DNA of 61,015 bases from an uncultured Clostridia bacterium (GTDB taxonomy: Bacteria > Bacillota > Clostridia > TANB77 > CAG-508): positions 1 through 61,015 of the forward strand of contig CAQRYF010000003.1 in assembly GCA_948875265.1 (NCBI GenBank), written 5' to 3'. The position numbers and the translations under genes were made by a program. Shown here in pieces: positions 38,240 through 48,757 of this stretch. The notes under the pieces are model-generated. The model worked only from the letters and a program-made list of their open reading frames with translations. It did not search any database and was not told the DNA's origin. How positions within the stretch are numbered: position 1 is the first letter of the stretch; each line of letters begins with the position of its first letter.

Positions 38240-39508
38240 TTATTTTATTGTATTTATTATATTCTTTGCCGCTTCTCTTCCTGAATATGCGGCCCATGCA
38301 ACTGTACTTTTTATTCCTGCTAAGTCTCCTCCTGCATAAATTCTAGGATTTGATGTTTGATAATTTTCATTTATTTGTATATTCCCCCATTTATTTGTAT
38401 TTAAATTTAAATTTGCTATGAATTCTGCAGTTTTAGAACCTAGAGCCATTACTACATAGTCTGTGTCTACTTTATAATTGCTATTTTTTATATTAATTGG
38501 AACTAGTCTTGATTCTCCTTCTTTTTGTACTAATTCTGTCTTTATTAGCTCTAATTTTTCAACTTTATCATTTCCTATAATTTTTACAATATTATTTTGA
38601 AATAAAAACTTTATTCCTTCTGAAATTGCATTTTCTATTTCTTTATCTTCTGCTGGCATTTGTTCTCTTGATCTTCTATATATAACTTTTACTTCTTTTG
38701 CTCCTAACATTTTTATAGTTCTTGCACAGTCCATTGCCACATTTCCTCCGCCTACAACAGCAACTGTTTTCCCCTCATATTTCGGATGTAATTTGTATTC
38801 TAAAAGTTCATTTCCTCCAAAAACTCCTTGTAAATCTTCTCCTTCTACTCCCATTTTTGAAGAGATATTTGCACCTATACTTAAAAATATTGCATCATAC
38901 TTTTCTAATAAATTCTGTAAATCTAAATTTTTACCTAATTCTTGATTGTATTTTACCTCTATTCCTAGTTCAAGAATATTATCAACTGTCTTTTTAACTA
39001 TATCTCTTGAAAGCCTAAACTCTGGAATTCCATGAATTAATAAACCTCCCAAGTAATTATATTTTTCATATATAGTAACTTGTACACCTTTTTTTGCTAA
39101 AAATGCACTTGCAGTTAACCCTGCTGGCCCGCCACCAATAACAGCTACCTTTTTATCAGATTGGTTATTTTCTATTTCTTCTTTCCAACAATCTTTTAGA
39201 GTTATTCCTTCTTCTATAATCTTATTAAAAGTTAATGCTTCTAATTCTCCTATAGAAACTGGTTCCCCTTTTATTCCTCTTACACATGATCCTTGACATT
39301 GTTTTTGATGTGGACATATTCTACCACAAATACCTGGTAACACTGTAGTTTTTGATAATATTTTATATGCTTTATTATAATTTTCTTCCTTTATTGCTTT
39401 TATAAACTCTGGTATATTATTACCTAAAGGACAACCTTTTATGGAACAAGGTTTCATTTTGCAATCCAAACAATAATTAGATTTTTTATTTATTTCTTCT
39501 TTTTCCAT
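38240..39508 (-). CDS. NAD(P)H-dependent oxidoreductase of the glutamate synthase small-subunit family (GltD/SudA/NfnB-like)
   Basis: 422 aa with N-terminal Cys clusters (CxxCxxxxC...C), two dinucleotide folds (VAVIGGGPAGL, VAVVGGGNVAMD) and GGDLAG. Confidence 0.8.
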   Translation of the reverse strand: MEKEEINKKSNYCLDCKMKPCSIKGCPLGNNIPEFIKAIKEENYNKAYKILSKTTVLPGICGRICPHQKQCQGSCVRGIKGEPVSIGELEALTFNKIIEEGITLKDCWKEEIENNQSDKKVAVIGGGPAGLTASAFLAKKGVQVTIYEKYNYLGGLLIHGIPEFRLSRDIVKKTVDNILELGIEVKYNQELGKNLDLQNLLEKYDAIFLSIGANISSKMGVEGEDLQGVFGGNELLEYKLHPKYEGKTVAVVGGGNVAMDCARTIKMLGAKEVKVIYRRSREQMPAEDKEIENAISEGIKFLFQNNIVKIIGNDKVEKLELIKTELVQKEGESRLVPINIKNSNYKVDTDYVVMALGSKTAEFIANLNLNTNKWGNIQINENYQTSNPRIYAGGDLAGIKSTVAWAAYSGREAAKNIINTIK

Positions 39509-39607
39509 TTTTATTGATACCTTTCAATATTGTTATATTTATTATTTGATATTTTAATATAGCTTTTTTATAAAGTCAATTTTACCGACCTTACTGTATA
39601 ATTATAA

Positions 39608-41485
39608 TTATTCTATTATATCTCTTCCTAAATCTTTTTTAATAAATCTTCCTTCTCTATCTTTTTCGAATACTTCTTTGGTTTCTATATCTATATATTC
39701 TTCTGGTATTATATATTTTCTTTTCTCTTTCTTCCCTTTTCCTATTATTCTTAACTTCTTTAAATGTTTTGGATAGTTTTCGTTACTAGTATTAATTAGA
39801 TATTTACAATGCTCAATATATTGTGCCATATCTGGGTCCTTTTGGAAATCAATATTAGCATTTTTTAATTTACTTATTCTTTTAGTATCTAATGGCATTA
39901 ATAGTGGCACATTTATTCTACTGCCATATAAAGTAAAATCTTTATCTCCTTGATATATAGGCATTTTATTTTCTAATCCATTTTGATTTAAAAATGATTT
40001 TAGATACTTTTGTGTTATATGTAATCTTAGAGGCATATTCAATCCCTCTATATCAAATCCTAGTAAAATACAGCCTTGCGTAGTTTCATCTTTTATATAT
40101 CCCCAGTTTTTTATTTGTTTACTTGTCAAAGCACTCTCTAAGAAAGCTAGTTGACTTGCATCTTTTCCTTTATATAAATTGTATATCATATTATTGGCAG
40201 TTATACAATTAGTCATATCTATTGTAAGAATATTTGATGAATTTGGTAAACATTTTCTAAAATATTCAAAATATTGATGTTGATAATCACTAGCTACTGC
40301 ATTTATATAAGGTTCTACCTCTATATCATTTCTTTCTTCGATTTTTAATTTGTTTGCATGTTTTTCAATTTCATATATACATCTTTCATTAATTTTATTT
40401 ACTATGTTTAATTTTAACAGTTCACTTTCTATATCTTCATTTGTTGGCATTGATATATCATTATTAGGATTTTTACTTTTCTCTTTTAAAATCTTTTCAA
40501 ATATACCTAGATCCTGACATATAAATCTAGCTTTATTCATTATTTCTATTTCTTTTGCTAATCTATTTATCCAAAATGTATTTAAGGCTATTATATTTTG
40601 TAATGGTAGTTTTTTTAATATTTCTTCATCAAATACCTTTACTAAATCCATATCTTTTTCATCTTTACTCTTAGCTTCATATGCAAATTCTCTTAATCCA
40701 ACATTAGCCAACATTCTAGTATGTTGTTTTTGATATCTTGACAATAATCCAAAGCCGTCTAAAATACTTCCACATTTTATTAAAGAATCTATATATTTTT
40801 GTTTTATATTTTCGTTAAATCTAACTTTATTTTCTTTAAAAAACTCTATAAATTTCTGTTCTTCATTTCCTACATATTTTAATCTTTCTTTTAAAGTTTC
40901 TATGTTCTCTTTTCCAAGTTGTTCTTGAATTTCTTTTCTGCATTTTGGATTTCTCTCGTATTGTAATAAAATTTCATATTCCTCATCAGATATCTTACTT
41001 TTAGTAGTTCTATATATTTTTAATACCTTTTCTAACATATTTCTTTGATTTTCTTTCTGTTCTAGTGTAAAAGGCTTATTCTCTGAAATTTTCTTATCTT
41101 TTATTTCTCTGTAAATTTCCTTTAATTTATTTGGATTATGTAATAAATATTGATATGAATTTAACAAGTGTGCATCCTCTTCAGAAGGCATTTTTTCTGT
41201 TGTTTCTTCTAGCATATCTCTAAACAATTCCTCAATTGACTTTTCTATATTATAAGCCATATCTATTATTTCTTTTGTTGTCTCTTTTTCATTTTTATTT
41301 GAATCATCCTCTTTTAATTGCTCTATAAATTTATCTAATGCATCATATGTTGTACCTACAATTGTATTAATTGCTGTTTTTACATAATCTATTTCATTTT
41401 CTCTTTCAAATGCACTATTCTCTTTTTTATCCTTTTTTGATTCTTCTAAAATTTCTTCAAATGATATTATTTTTCTCATCTCCAT
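39608..41485 (-). CDS. Large hypothetical protein (625 aa), no motif recognised
   Basis: Long uninterrupted ORF with normal amino-acid composition. I could not identify any catalytic or binding motif. Confidence 0.5.
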   Translation of the reverse strand: MEMRKIISFEEILEESKKDKKENSAFERENEIDYVKTAINTIVGTTYDALDKFIEQLKEDDSNKNEKETTKEIIDMAYNIEKSIEELFRDMLEETTEKMPSEEDAHLLNSYQYLLHNPNKLKEIYREIKDKKISENKPFTLEQKENQRNMLEKVLKIYRTTKSKISDEEYEILLQYERNPKCRKEIQEQLGKENIETLKERLKYVGNEEQKFIEFFKENKVRFNENIKQKYIDSLIKCGSILDGFGLLSRYQKQHTRMLANVGLREFAYEAKSKDEKDMDLVKVFDEEILKKLPLQNIIALNTFWINRLAKEIEIMNKARFICQDLGIFEKILKEKSKNPNNDISMPTNEDIESELLKLNIVNKINERCIYEIEKHANKLKIEERNDIEVEPYINAVASDYQHQYFEYFRKCLPNSSNILTIDMTNCITANNMIYNLYKGKDASQLAFLESALTSKQIKNWGYIKDETTQGCILLGFDIEGLNMPLRLHITQKYLKSFLNQNGLENKMPIYQGDKDFTLYGSRINVPLLMPLDTKRISKLKNANIDFQKDPDMAQYIEHCKYLINTSNENYPKHLKKLRIIGKGKKEKRKYIIPEEYIDIETKEVFEKDREGRFIKKDLGRDIIE

Positions 41486-41503
41486 TCATCTATATTATAT
41501 ACA

Positions 41504-42062
41504 TTAATTAATATTTAAATTTTCTTCTACTACCAATTTCAAATCATTTATAAAATCTATCTTTTTTGTTTCATCTCTAAGCAAAGCCGCTGGATGCCAT
41601 GTTGGCATATATTTTATACCTTTTCTTTCAATCCATTTTCCTCTGGATTTAGTTATTCCATACTCTTTTCCCAAGATATTCTTTAATGCCACACTTCCTA
41701 ATAAAACAATTATTTCTGGCTTTACTAATATAACTTGGTTTCTTAGATAATTTAAACATGCTGCAGCTTCATCATCTTCTGGATTCCTATTAGAAGGTGG
41801 TCTACATTTTACAATATTTGCTATATAAACCTCTTCCCTCTTAATTCCAACAGCTTGAAATGCCATATTCATTAGTTTACCAGCTCTCCCAACAAATGGT
41901 TCTCCGTAATCTATCCTCGTCTGCTCCAGGTCCTTCTCCTATAAACATTATTTTAGCATTTTTATTTCCTATTCCAAACACTATATTTTGTCTGGTTTTG
42001 CACAATTTACATTTATTACAGTCCTTTATTGAATATTCTAATTCTTCCCATGTTTCAAACAT
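41504..42062 (-). pseudogene. Uracil-DNA glycosylase family 4, interrupted. The halves join by a +1 shift at CGG 41904-41906.
   Basis: The N-terminal part carries C..C..C and [10 protein letters not shown]. The C-terminal part carries ...IANIVKCRPP...HPAALLR. Skipping C41906 restores the family motif [22 protein letters not shown]. Confidence 0.85.
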
Positions 42063-42087
42063 TTCTTCCTCCTTATCATGCCCTCTT

Positions 42088-42123
42088 TGTCCTTTTGGGT
42101 GTCCTTTTGGGTGTCCTTTTGGG
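42088..42123. repeat. Three direct tandem copies of the 12-mer TGTCCTTTTGGG
   Basis: Copies at 42088-42099, 42100-42111 and 42112-42123. The last copy forms the left arm of hairpin III-a. Confidence 0.9.
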
Positions 42124-42141
42124 GACGTTTCTCAAATGGAC
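42113..42141. repeat. GGGAC-loop hairpin element, sub-family III, copy a
   Basis: GTCCTTTTGGGGACGTTTCTCAAATGGAC. It lies immediately next to the TGA stop (42143-42145) of the LD-carboxypeptidase gene. Confidence 0.8.
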
Positions 42142-42142
42142 A

Positions 42143-43064
42143 TCATTTTACACATCTTTCTACTAACTCTATTTTTATATCTTTTTTAGTATCTATCTTT
42201 GCTTTTGTACCAATAGGAATTACTGTATTTGTTTCTATATGTCCAAAGTTATTAGATTTAATAATTGGAAAAACATATTCATTCCCAATCGTGTCTAAAA
42301 TAATTTGCTCTAATGATATTTCACTTTCATGTTCATAATTCCCTATCCATAATCCTTTTATCTTATCAAATACTCCATTTTGTTTCATATAGTATAAATA
42401 GTTGCTTACCATTGCTGGTTCTGTTTCAAATCCTAATTCTTCTAAAAATAAAATTTTATCACTAAAGTCAATCGAATATTTACCACATACCATTCCGCTT
42501 GTCATATTTAAATTTCCACCAATTAGTTCACCCTCTGCTTGCCCTTCCTTAATAGTCAAATATCCTCTTTCCTCTTTTAATATTTCCAAACTTCCTTTAA
42601 TAAATCTATTTATAGTTTCCTTATATCCGTATTTTTGTTTCACTCGTTTGTATAGTCTTAAAATTGGTACCACTAAATGTTACAAGTCCAGTTTTTTGAG
42701 TTATCATGTTTGTTAAAGATGTTATATCACTATATCCACATACGATTTTAGGATTATTTTTTATTAATTCATAATCTAAATATTCAAATGTGCTATTTGA
42801 ATTATTTCCACCTTTGGCACACCATATCATTTTTACTTCTTTGTCAGCAAACATTTCATTTATATCTTCCGCCTTCTCCTTTGCTGATGCAGAGTATTCA
42901 TTTGTATTTGAGAAAAGATTTTTTGAAAATTTTATCCTAAATCCGTCTTTCTCCACAATTTCTTTAGCTCTCATTATTTCATCTATATTCTCTCCTACTA
43001 TTGGATTTGATGGTGCTACAACTCCTATAGTATCTCCTATTTTTAATTTATCAGGAATTATCAT
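42143..43064 (-). pseudogene. LD-carboxypeptidase (peptidase S66, LdcA-like), interrupted. The halves join by a +1 shift at CGG 42627-42629.
   Basis: The N-terminal part reads ...VVAPSNP...GYSDITSL...GLVTFSG. Skipping C42629 gives ...TSETKIGYKETINRFIKG.... Start at 43064 follows GGAGGAG. Confidence 0.75.
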
Positions 43065-43104
43065 ATCTCTCTCCTCCATTATAATATCCATAATTTCTAT
43101 TTTA

Positions 43105-43135
43105 TGATGATTTTTTCCTCCGTCCCTAAAATCAT
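43105..43135. repeat. GGGAC-loop hairpin element, sub-family I, copy c
   Basis: TGATGATTTTTTCCTCCGTCCCTAAAATCAT is identical to copy b over 31 nt. It contains the TGA stop (43132-43134) of the pgeF-like gene. Confidence 0.85.
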
Positions 43136-43974
43136 TTTAATTCTATTAATGCGGTGTTTAGTCCATATCCTTCTTTTTCTACTCTGAAGGAGTGTATTAG
43201 GTCTGAGTCACACACACTACAAATTTCACTGTCTACAATATTTTCTTTTTTTAGCCCTGCTTTTTCTAATATTATTTTGTTTATTAGAATTGTGTCTATG
43301 TTCCATTTTTTATTTGGTTCTTTTTCTTCTATTATTTTATCTATTTGTTCTAGGTTTTTAAATTCTTTTTCAAACATTTCTTTTACATCTATATTAACCT
43401 CAAAATGACATTTTCTTATACTTGGACACATACAGCAAATAATATCTTTTGGATTACATTTGAATTCTTTAATCATTTTTTGTATGGTTTTTACTGATAT
43501 TCTTTGAAGGGTTCCTTTCCATCCTGAGTGGGTATTTGCTATAACTTTTTTTACTGGGTCAAAGAATAGTAGTAAAATACAATCTGCATTAGTTGTTGAT
43601 AAGATTATGTCTTTTTTGTTTGTAATTGCTCCGTCTATATCTGTGTATTTATCCAAATTAAAGTCTGGTTCTCCTTTATTTATGATTTCTTCTACTGTTA
43701 TTATTTTATCTGTATGGTTTTGATTTGGCCTCATTAGATTTATATAATTAGTCTTTAGTTCATCACATAATTTACTATAATTTTTTAAGACATTTGTATA
43801 TTCATTTTCTGATAATTGTTCTCCATTAGCTTTTATTGGTCTATAATTAACTTCTGTACCCAAAGAATATGCATGTGTTATTATTTCTTCATATTCTAGT
43901 AGTTTTCTAAATTGTAAATATTGTACTCCATTTTTGATAACATGTACAACATTTTCATTACTTAAGTCTTTCAC
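43132..43974 (-). CDS. pgeF: Polyphenol-oxidase/laccase-domain protein YfiH/PgeF family
   Basis: 280 aa with TNADCILLLFFDP...ANTHSGWKGT...C.C (DUF152/Cu-oxidase_4 pattern). GTG start. Confidence 0.75.
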   Translation of the reverse strand: MKDLSNENVVHVIKNGVQYLQFRKLLEYEEIITHAYSLGTEVNYRPIKANGEQLSENEYTNVLKNYSKLCDELKTNYINLMRPNQNHTDKIITVEEIINKGEPDFNLDKYTDIDGAITNKKDIILSTTNADCILLLFFDPVKKVIANTHSGWKGTLQRISVKTIQKMIKEFKCNPKDIICCMCPSIRKCHFEVNIDVKEMFEKEFKNLEQIDKIIEEKEPNKKWNIDTILINKIILEKAGLKKENIVDSEICSVCDSDLIHSFRVEKEGYGLNTALIELK

Positions 43975-43992
43975 AATATCTCCTCCTATTTT

Positions 43993-45297
43993 CTAGTTTG
44001 CATCTTGTTCTTTTAATTCATCATATTTTCTTTCTTCTTTTGAATATTCTTCAGGTTTTAATCCAACTCTTTTTTTCATATATTTTTCCATTAATATGAA
44101 TAATATAGTAAATGTACCTCCAACTATTATCATAGCATATGCTGTTTTAGTTTTACTTAATAAGAATGATGCCATAATTCCCATGATAGCTGAAGTTAAA
44201 TTAGTAAATAAATTTTTTACTGCAAATACCTTTGTATCTATTTTATTGTTAGTAAAATTTCTGAAGTATCTATCCATTATAGTATAATACATACCATGTG
44301 CAAATTTAGCAATCATATAACATATAATAATTATTATTAGAAGCATTCTAAATGTTTGTACTTTTATTCCCATTATTCCTGCTACAATAGCACTTATAGA
44401 TGCCATTAGTGCTATTATCATAATAGATTTATTTCTAAATGCATTATGAAATCCCTCCTGTTTCTTTGACGCATAAGAACTTATAAAAGTCTGTATTGCT
44501 GATATCATTCCTATCCAAAAAGATGATACTTGTATATCTTTTAATAAGCTTGTTTGGTAATTCATTAAAATTGAAAATAAGCTCGTTAATAAGCATGCTG
44601 GCAATATTAATGCTTTTAATCTTTCAGATTTTAATATATATTTAAATCCATATTCAATATCTTTTAATTGCTTTTTACCTACTATTTCGTTAAAATTACT
44701 CTTTTTCTTCTTTATTGGTTCAATATAAAACATTGACATAAATGTAACTATTACTAAAACTGCAAGTGATAATATAATTGGTAGATATCCATTTATCTCA
44801 AATAGAAATCCTGCTATTATTTTTGATATAGCTCCTATAAGATAATATCTGGCTGCACCTTTAGCGTTTATCTTTGCAAATATACTACTTTTATACCTAG
44901 ATGGTGGTATTGATTCATTTAGTAAACTTGGCTCTGCTATTCCTTTTATAGCTCCTGCTAAAGATGCTAAAAATTTAGCTATTATAAGATTCCAAAAATT
45001 TCCGCTAAGCATAAATACTAACATATATAAACAATTTATAATGTTACCAAAAATTATACTATTTTTTCGTCCTAAAAATTCTATTATTATGTTAGCTGGT
45101 ATTTGTAGTAATATTCCAAATATTGATCCAATCGAGCTAAGCAATACTACATCTGCAGCACTAATATGTTTTATTTGTGTCAAAAATAGAAAATCTATAG
45201 TGTAATAAAATAGATAATCCCAGGCTATTGATTTATAGCTTGAAAATAATTTCATATTCCTTTTTCTCATCTTCTGTGTCTCATCTTTATATCCCAT
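43993..45297 (-). CDS. MFS transporter
   Basis: 434 aa with about 12 predicted TM segments. Confidence 0.7.
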   Translation of the reverse strand: MGYKDETQKMRKRNMKLFSSYKSIAWDYLFYYTIDFLFLTQIKHISAADVVLLSSIGSIFGILLQIPANIIIEFLGRKNSIIFGNIINCLYMLVFMLSGNFWNLIIAKFLASLAGAIKGIAEPSLLNESIPPSRYKSSIFAKINAKGAARYYLIGAISKIIAGFLFEINGYLPIILSLAVLVIVTFMSMFYIEPIKKKKSNFNEIVGKKQLKDIEYGFKYILKSERLKALILPACLLTSLFSILMNYQTSLLKDIQVSSFWIGMISAIQTFISSYASKKQEGFHNAFRNKSIMIIALMASISAIVAGIMGIKVQTFRMLLIIIIICYMIAKFAHGMYYTIMDRYFRNFTNNKIDTKVFAVKNLFTNLTSAIMGIMASFLLSKTKTAYAMIIVGGTFTILFILMEKYMKKRVGLKPEEYSKEERKYDELKEQDAN

Positions 45298-45340
45298 ATT
45301 TTCTCCTTTGTTTCATATGACTTTTTTTATGTTTTTTCGA

Positions 45341-48300
45341 CTAATTTATTGAGACATTTTTGCCCTGTCCCTCTTGTCTCATTTTATTTATTATATCATC
45401 TTTTGATTTATGTTCAATATAATTATATTTATTGTTATTTTGCTTAGTATTAAAACCACATACTGATTTATATCCACAATATTCACATGGTGTTTTTCCT
45501 TTTTTATTATAAGGCTTCAAATCTATTTTTCCACTTAATATTTCTTTAGAAATATCTTTTATTGTTTTATAGATATATTCTTGTAAAATTTTAAATTCTT
45601 CAGATTTTACTCCATTTGTCCACTTTTCATTTATACTCCCAGATGATGTTAATGCAGCTGGAACTAATTTAGAACTCCCTGATTTTAAAGTGTTATCATT
45701 CATTTTTATTATTTTTACATCTGCTATTATTAACCCTTTCATTCTAAAGTTCTTTCTAATCATTGCTTCTATTTCTTCATCTGATATCTTTTTATCTGCT
45801 TTTATCATTTGTTCTAATAATGAAAAGTAGAAAATTCCTGCTGGTATAATATCTTCTTGTCTACATATTGCATCTGTATATGTTAAAAGTTGTATTTGTA
45901 ACCCTGCATATACTTCATTTAAGTCAATGTTTTTTGCAGATGATTTGTAATCTATAATTCTTAAGTATTTTCCTTCTTCATTTTGTGCAGTATCTATTCT
46001 ATCTATCTTTCCTGTTATCTCTACTTTTTTACCATCATCTAATTGTAATACAATTGGTTTGTATTCTCCTTTTTTACCAAACTCTATCTCTGTACCTTCT
46101 ATATTAAAATCACTGTAAATTATAGTTTCTATTATGTATTTTAGTGCCTTACTTACAATTCTCTTCAATCTTTGTACTAAAACTTTGTATTTTGATGTTG
46201 CTGTAAATATAAAGTTTTTATTTAAATGTAAGTTTTCCTCTATTATTTTTGATACTATTTTTAATATTTCTTCATCTTCTATTTCCGCTAAATTTAATCC
46301 TTCTATTTTTACATAATCAAAAAATTCATCAATTGTTTCATGCATAAATGAGCCTGTGTTAAAACTTTGAATTTTTAATTGTTCCTTTTCTTTAAGTTTT
46401 AATCCATATTGTAAATAATATGAAAATGGGCAACTTCTATATTTTTCTAATCTTGATATGCTTGTATTTAATGTATTTCCATATAGTCTGTCTATGTTTT
46501 CTTTTTTAATATCATTTGGTAAGTTTGTATATTCTAAACCTTTTAAATCATTTTCTAATTTCTGTTTCCACTCATTTTGAGATTTGTAGTATTCATATAT
46601 TGAATACCAAATCTTTGATATATCTTCTTTATTTTTTAATTTTGATATATTTTCTATTAACTCTTCATATGTAATTATCTCATTTACAATTTCATAATTT
46701 TTATTTACTATATCACTTTTCTCTCTTAATTTAGGATACATTTTCCTTATTTTATTTATAAGTATAGATGGTCTTAATGATTTTCCTTCTCCATCTGATG
46801 ATGCATATGATAAATAAATATTATTTTCTGCAGTTGTAAATGCCTTATATATATTGAAGTTATCTTCATAAAGTCTATCTATAGTACCTTTTGCAAGTTC
46901 AATCCCATCATCTTTTAGTCTTTCTCTATCTGAATCATTAAAAAAACCTTCATCCTTATTAATACTAGGAAAGCTTCCGTCATTTAATCCTATTATAAAT
47001 ACTGTTTTTACTTTGTGACTCCTTGACCTATCTACATCTCCAAATATAACTTGATCCTGAGTTCCTGGAATTTTTCCAAGTCCACTATTTTTTAGTCCAA
47101 TTTTTAAAATTTTACTGTACTTATCTAAAGTTATTTTGTCTTCTCCAAATACTAATACTATTTCATCAAGAATCTCTAATATTATTTTATAACTTGAAAC
47201 ATACTCATTTGCTAAATCTATTAAATTCTTATCTTGTAATTCTTGTATTTTTATATTTATTTTTTCTTCTATTTTTTGTTTTTGGATAAATTCATATAAT
47301 TGTTTTGTTATATTTTGAGCATTTCTGCTTTTTTGTATTTCTTCTTTTAATTCTATTAATGGGTTTATAATCTCTTTTCTTAGTTCATTTAATCTTTCAA
47401 TTTCTTGACTTTTATTTTCATTATCTAATTCATATATAAAATCTGTTTTCCATTTACTCTGTTTTATTCCCCATTTTGTACAATAATTTTCTAATTTAAA
47501 AATTTCATCTTTTTCTATATCACAAAATCCTAGTTTTATATAATTAAATATTGAATCATTAGAAAAATTTTTTACTAAAACTTCTAAAATTGAAAGTATA
47601 TATTGCACAATAATATTTTGATTTAAATCTCTTTTTTCATCAATAAATACTGGTATACCATATTTTGAGAAAATCGCTCTTACTAGTGATGAATATGAAT
47701 CAATGTTTTTTGTTATAATTGCAATATCATTATATCTTAATTCTTTATCTCTAACTAATTTTGTTATCTCTTTAGCTATATTTTCTATTTCTGTATATTG
47801 ATTTTTAGCTAAAAAAAGCTGTAAGTTTTCCACATTTTCTTCATATTTTGTGGATTTTATATTATAAATATTGTCACTTAAGTGTTGTAATTCCTTTGTT
47901 TTAAATCTATATTGCTTATTAAGTTCAATTGGTTCTTCTAATTTCAACCCATTTTCTTCTACTAAATTCAATAATTTATATAATGTTATTTTATTTGAAT
48001 AATATATATCTGTATCTGGATTTATACTTGGATTTATATCAATACACATTGTTATATTAACTTGTTTTGCTTGTTCAATTAACTCTTTTAAAACATTATA
48101 TTCTTGGGCTGTAAACCCCGAAAATTCATCAATATATATGATACTATCTTTAACCAAGTCTGTGCATTCTAAATTTTTTGCTAAAATTGTTAGAAGATCT
48201 GTTTCATCTATGTATTTATTTTTTATTTGATTTTCAAAACTTTCATACATTAGTTTCATATCTTGTAATTTTGTTTTTAAATATCTGTCTTCAGTTTTTT

Positions 48301-48715
48301 CAATCTCTTCTTCTAAATTCTCTATACTTATTCCATGTTTTTTAAATTCCGTTATTGATGTCATTACTAAATCTATATTTTCATCTGATTTCCCTAAAAA
48401 TTTCAGACTTGCTTTATTACTACTTAATATAGAATATATTAACATTGCCTTTCCACATTTTGACAAATGTGTGTTACTATTTCCACCAATTTCATTTAAT
48501 ACTCTATAAGCCATCCTACTTAAAGTTAAGACTTCTGCATTTATAACTGATTTTGAACTAACAGCATCCATTAATTTCTTTTCAGCTGTAAATGAAAATT
48601 GTTCAGGTGTTATAACAAAAATCTTCTTTTCTTTTTCTATTAATTTAGCAATTTCTAAGAAGCAATAACTACTCTTTCCACTTCCTGGCTTTCCATATAT
48701 AATTCTTAATCCCAT
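45341..48715 (-). CDS. addB: ATP-dependent helicase/deoxyribonuclease subunit B (AddB/RexB)
   Basis: MGLRIIYGKPGSGKS (Walker A) at the start chosen after GGAGG. C-terminal nuclease/Fe-S region with CEYCGYKSVC. The track's 14-codon N-terminal extension lies inside hairpin III-b. Confidence 0.85.
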   Translation of the reverse strand: MGLRIIYGKPGSGKSSYCFLEIAKLIEKEKKIFVITPEQFSFTAEKKLMDAVSSKSVINAEVLTLSRMAYRVLNEIGGNSNTHLSKCGKAMLIYSILSSNKASLKFLGKSDENIDLVMTSITEFKKHGISIENLEEEIEKTEDRYLKTKLQDMKLMYESFENQIKNKYIDETDLLTILAKNLECTDLVKDSIIYIDEFSGFTAQEYNVLKELIEQAKQVNITMCIDINPSINPDTDIYYSNKITLYKLLNLVEENGLKLEEPIELNKQYRFKTKELQHLSDNIYNIKSTKYEENVENLQLFLAKNQYTEIENIAKEITKLVRDKELRYNDIAIITKNIDSYSSLVRAIFSKYGIPVFIDEKRDLNQNIIVQYILSILEVLVKNFSNDSIFNYIKLGFCDIEKDEIFKLENYCTKWGIKQSKWKTDFIYELDNENKSQEIERLNELRKEIINPLIELKEEIQKSRNAQNITKQLYEFIQKQKIEEKINIKIQELQDKNLIDLANEYVSSYKIILEILDEIVLVFGEDKITLDKYSKILKIGLKNSGLGKIPGTQDQVIFGDVDRSRSHKVKTVFIIGLNDGSFPSINKDEGFFNDSDRERLKDDGIELAKGTIDRLYEDNFNIYKAFTTAENNIYLSYASSDGEGKSLRPSILINKIRKMYPKLREKSDIVNKNYEIVNEIITYEELIENISKLKNKEDISKIWYSIYEYYKSQNEWKQKLENDLKGLEYTNLPNDIKKENIDRLYGNTLNTSISRLEKYRSCPFSYYLQYGLKLKEKEQLKIQSFNTGSFMHETIDEFFDYVKIEGLNLAEIEDEEILKIVSKIIEENLHLNKNFIFTATSKYKVLVQRLKRIVSKALKYIIETIIYSDFNIEGTEIEFGKKGEYKPIVLQLDDGKKVEITGKIDRIDTAQNEEGKYLRIIDYKSSAKNIDLNEVYAGLQIQLLTYTDAICRQEDIIPAGIFYFSLLEQMIKADKKISDEEIEAMIRKNFRMKGLIIADVKIIKMNDNTLKSGSSKLVPAALTSSGSINEKWTNGVKSEEFKILQEYIYKTIKDISKEILSGKIDLKPYNKKGKTPCEYCGYKSVCGFNTKQNNNKYNYIEHKSKDDIINKMRQEGQGKNVSIN
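45350..45381. repeat. GGGAC-loop hairpin element, sub-family II, copy b
   Basis: TGAGACATTTTTGCCCTGTCCCTCTTGTCTCA. It lies inside the last 14 codons of addB. Confidence 0.8.
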
Positions 48716-48724
48716 TTTTCCTCC

Positions 48725-48757
48725 ATGTCCTATTGGGGACGTTTCTGTTTTGGACAT
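48725..48757. repeat. GGGAC-loop hairpin element, sub-family III, copy b
   Basis: ATGTCCTATTGGGGACGTTTCTGTTTTGGACAT. It fills the gap between the ogg stop (48758) and the addB RBS (48720-48724). Confidence 0.8.

Noticed and set aside
42088-42123. The tandem 12-mer repeat as a possible CRISPR array or minisatellite-encoded peptide repeat.
   Set aside because: There are only three directly abutting 12-nt units with no spacers, and no cas genes in the window. It is better explained as part of hairpin element III-a.
48716-48757. A 14-codon N-terminal extension of addB (MSKTETSPIGHGGK).
   Set aside because: It has no RBS, starts immediately after the ogg stop, and coincides with hairpin III-b. 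The internal ATG at 48715 follows GGAGG and gives the canonical MGLRIIYGKPGSGKS N-terminus.
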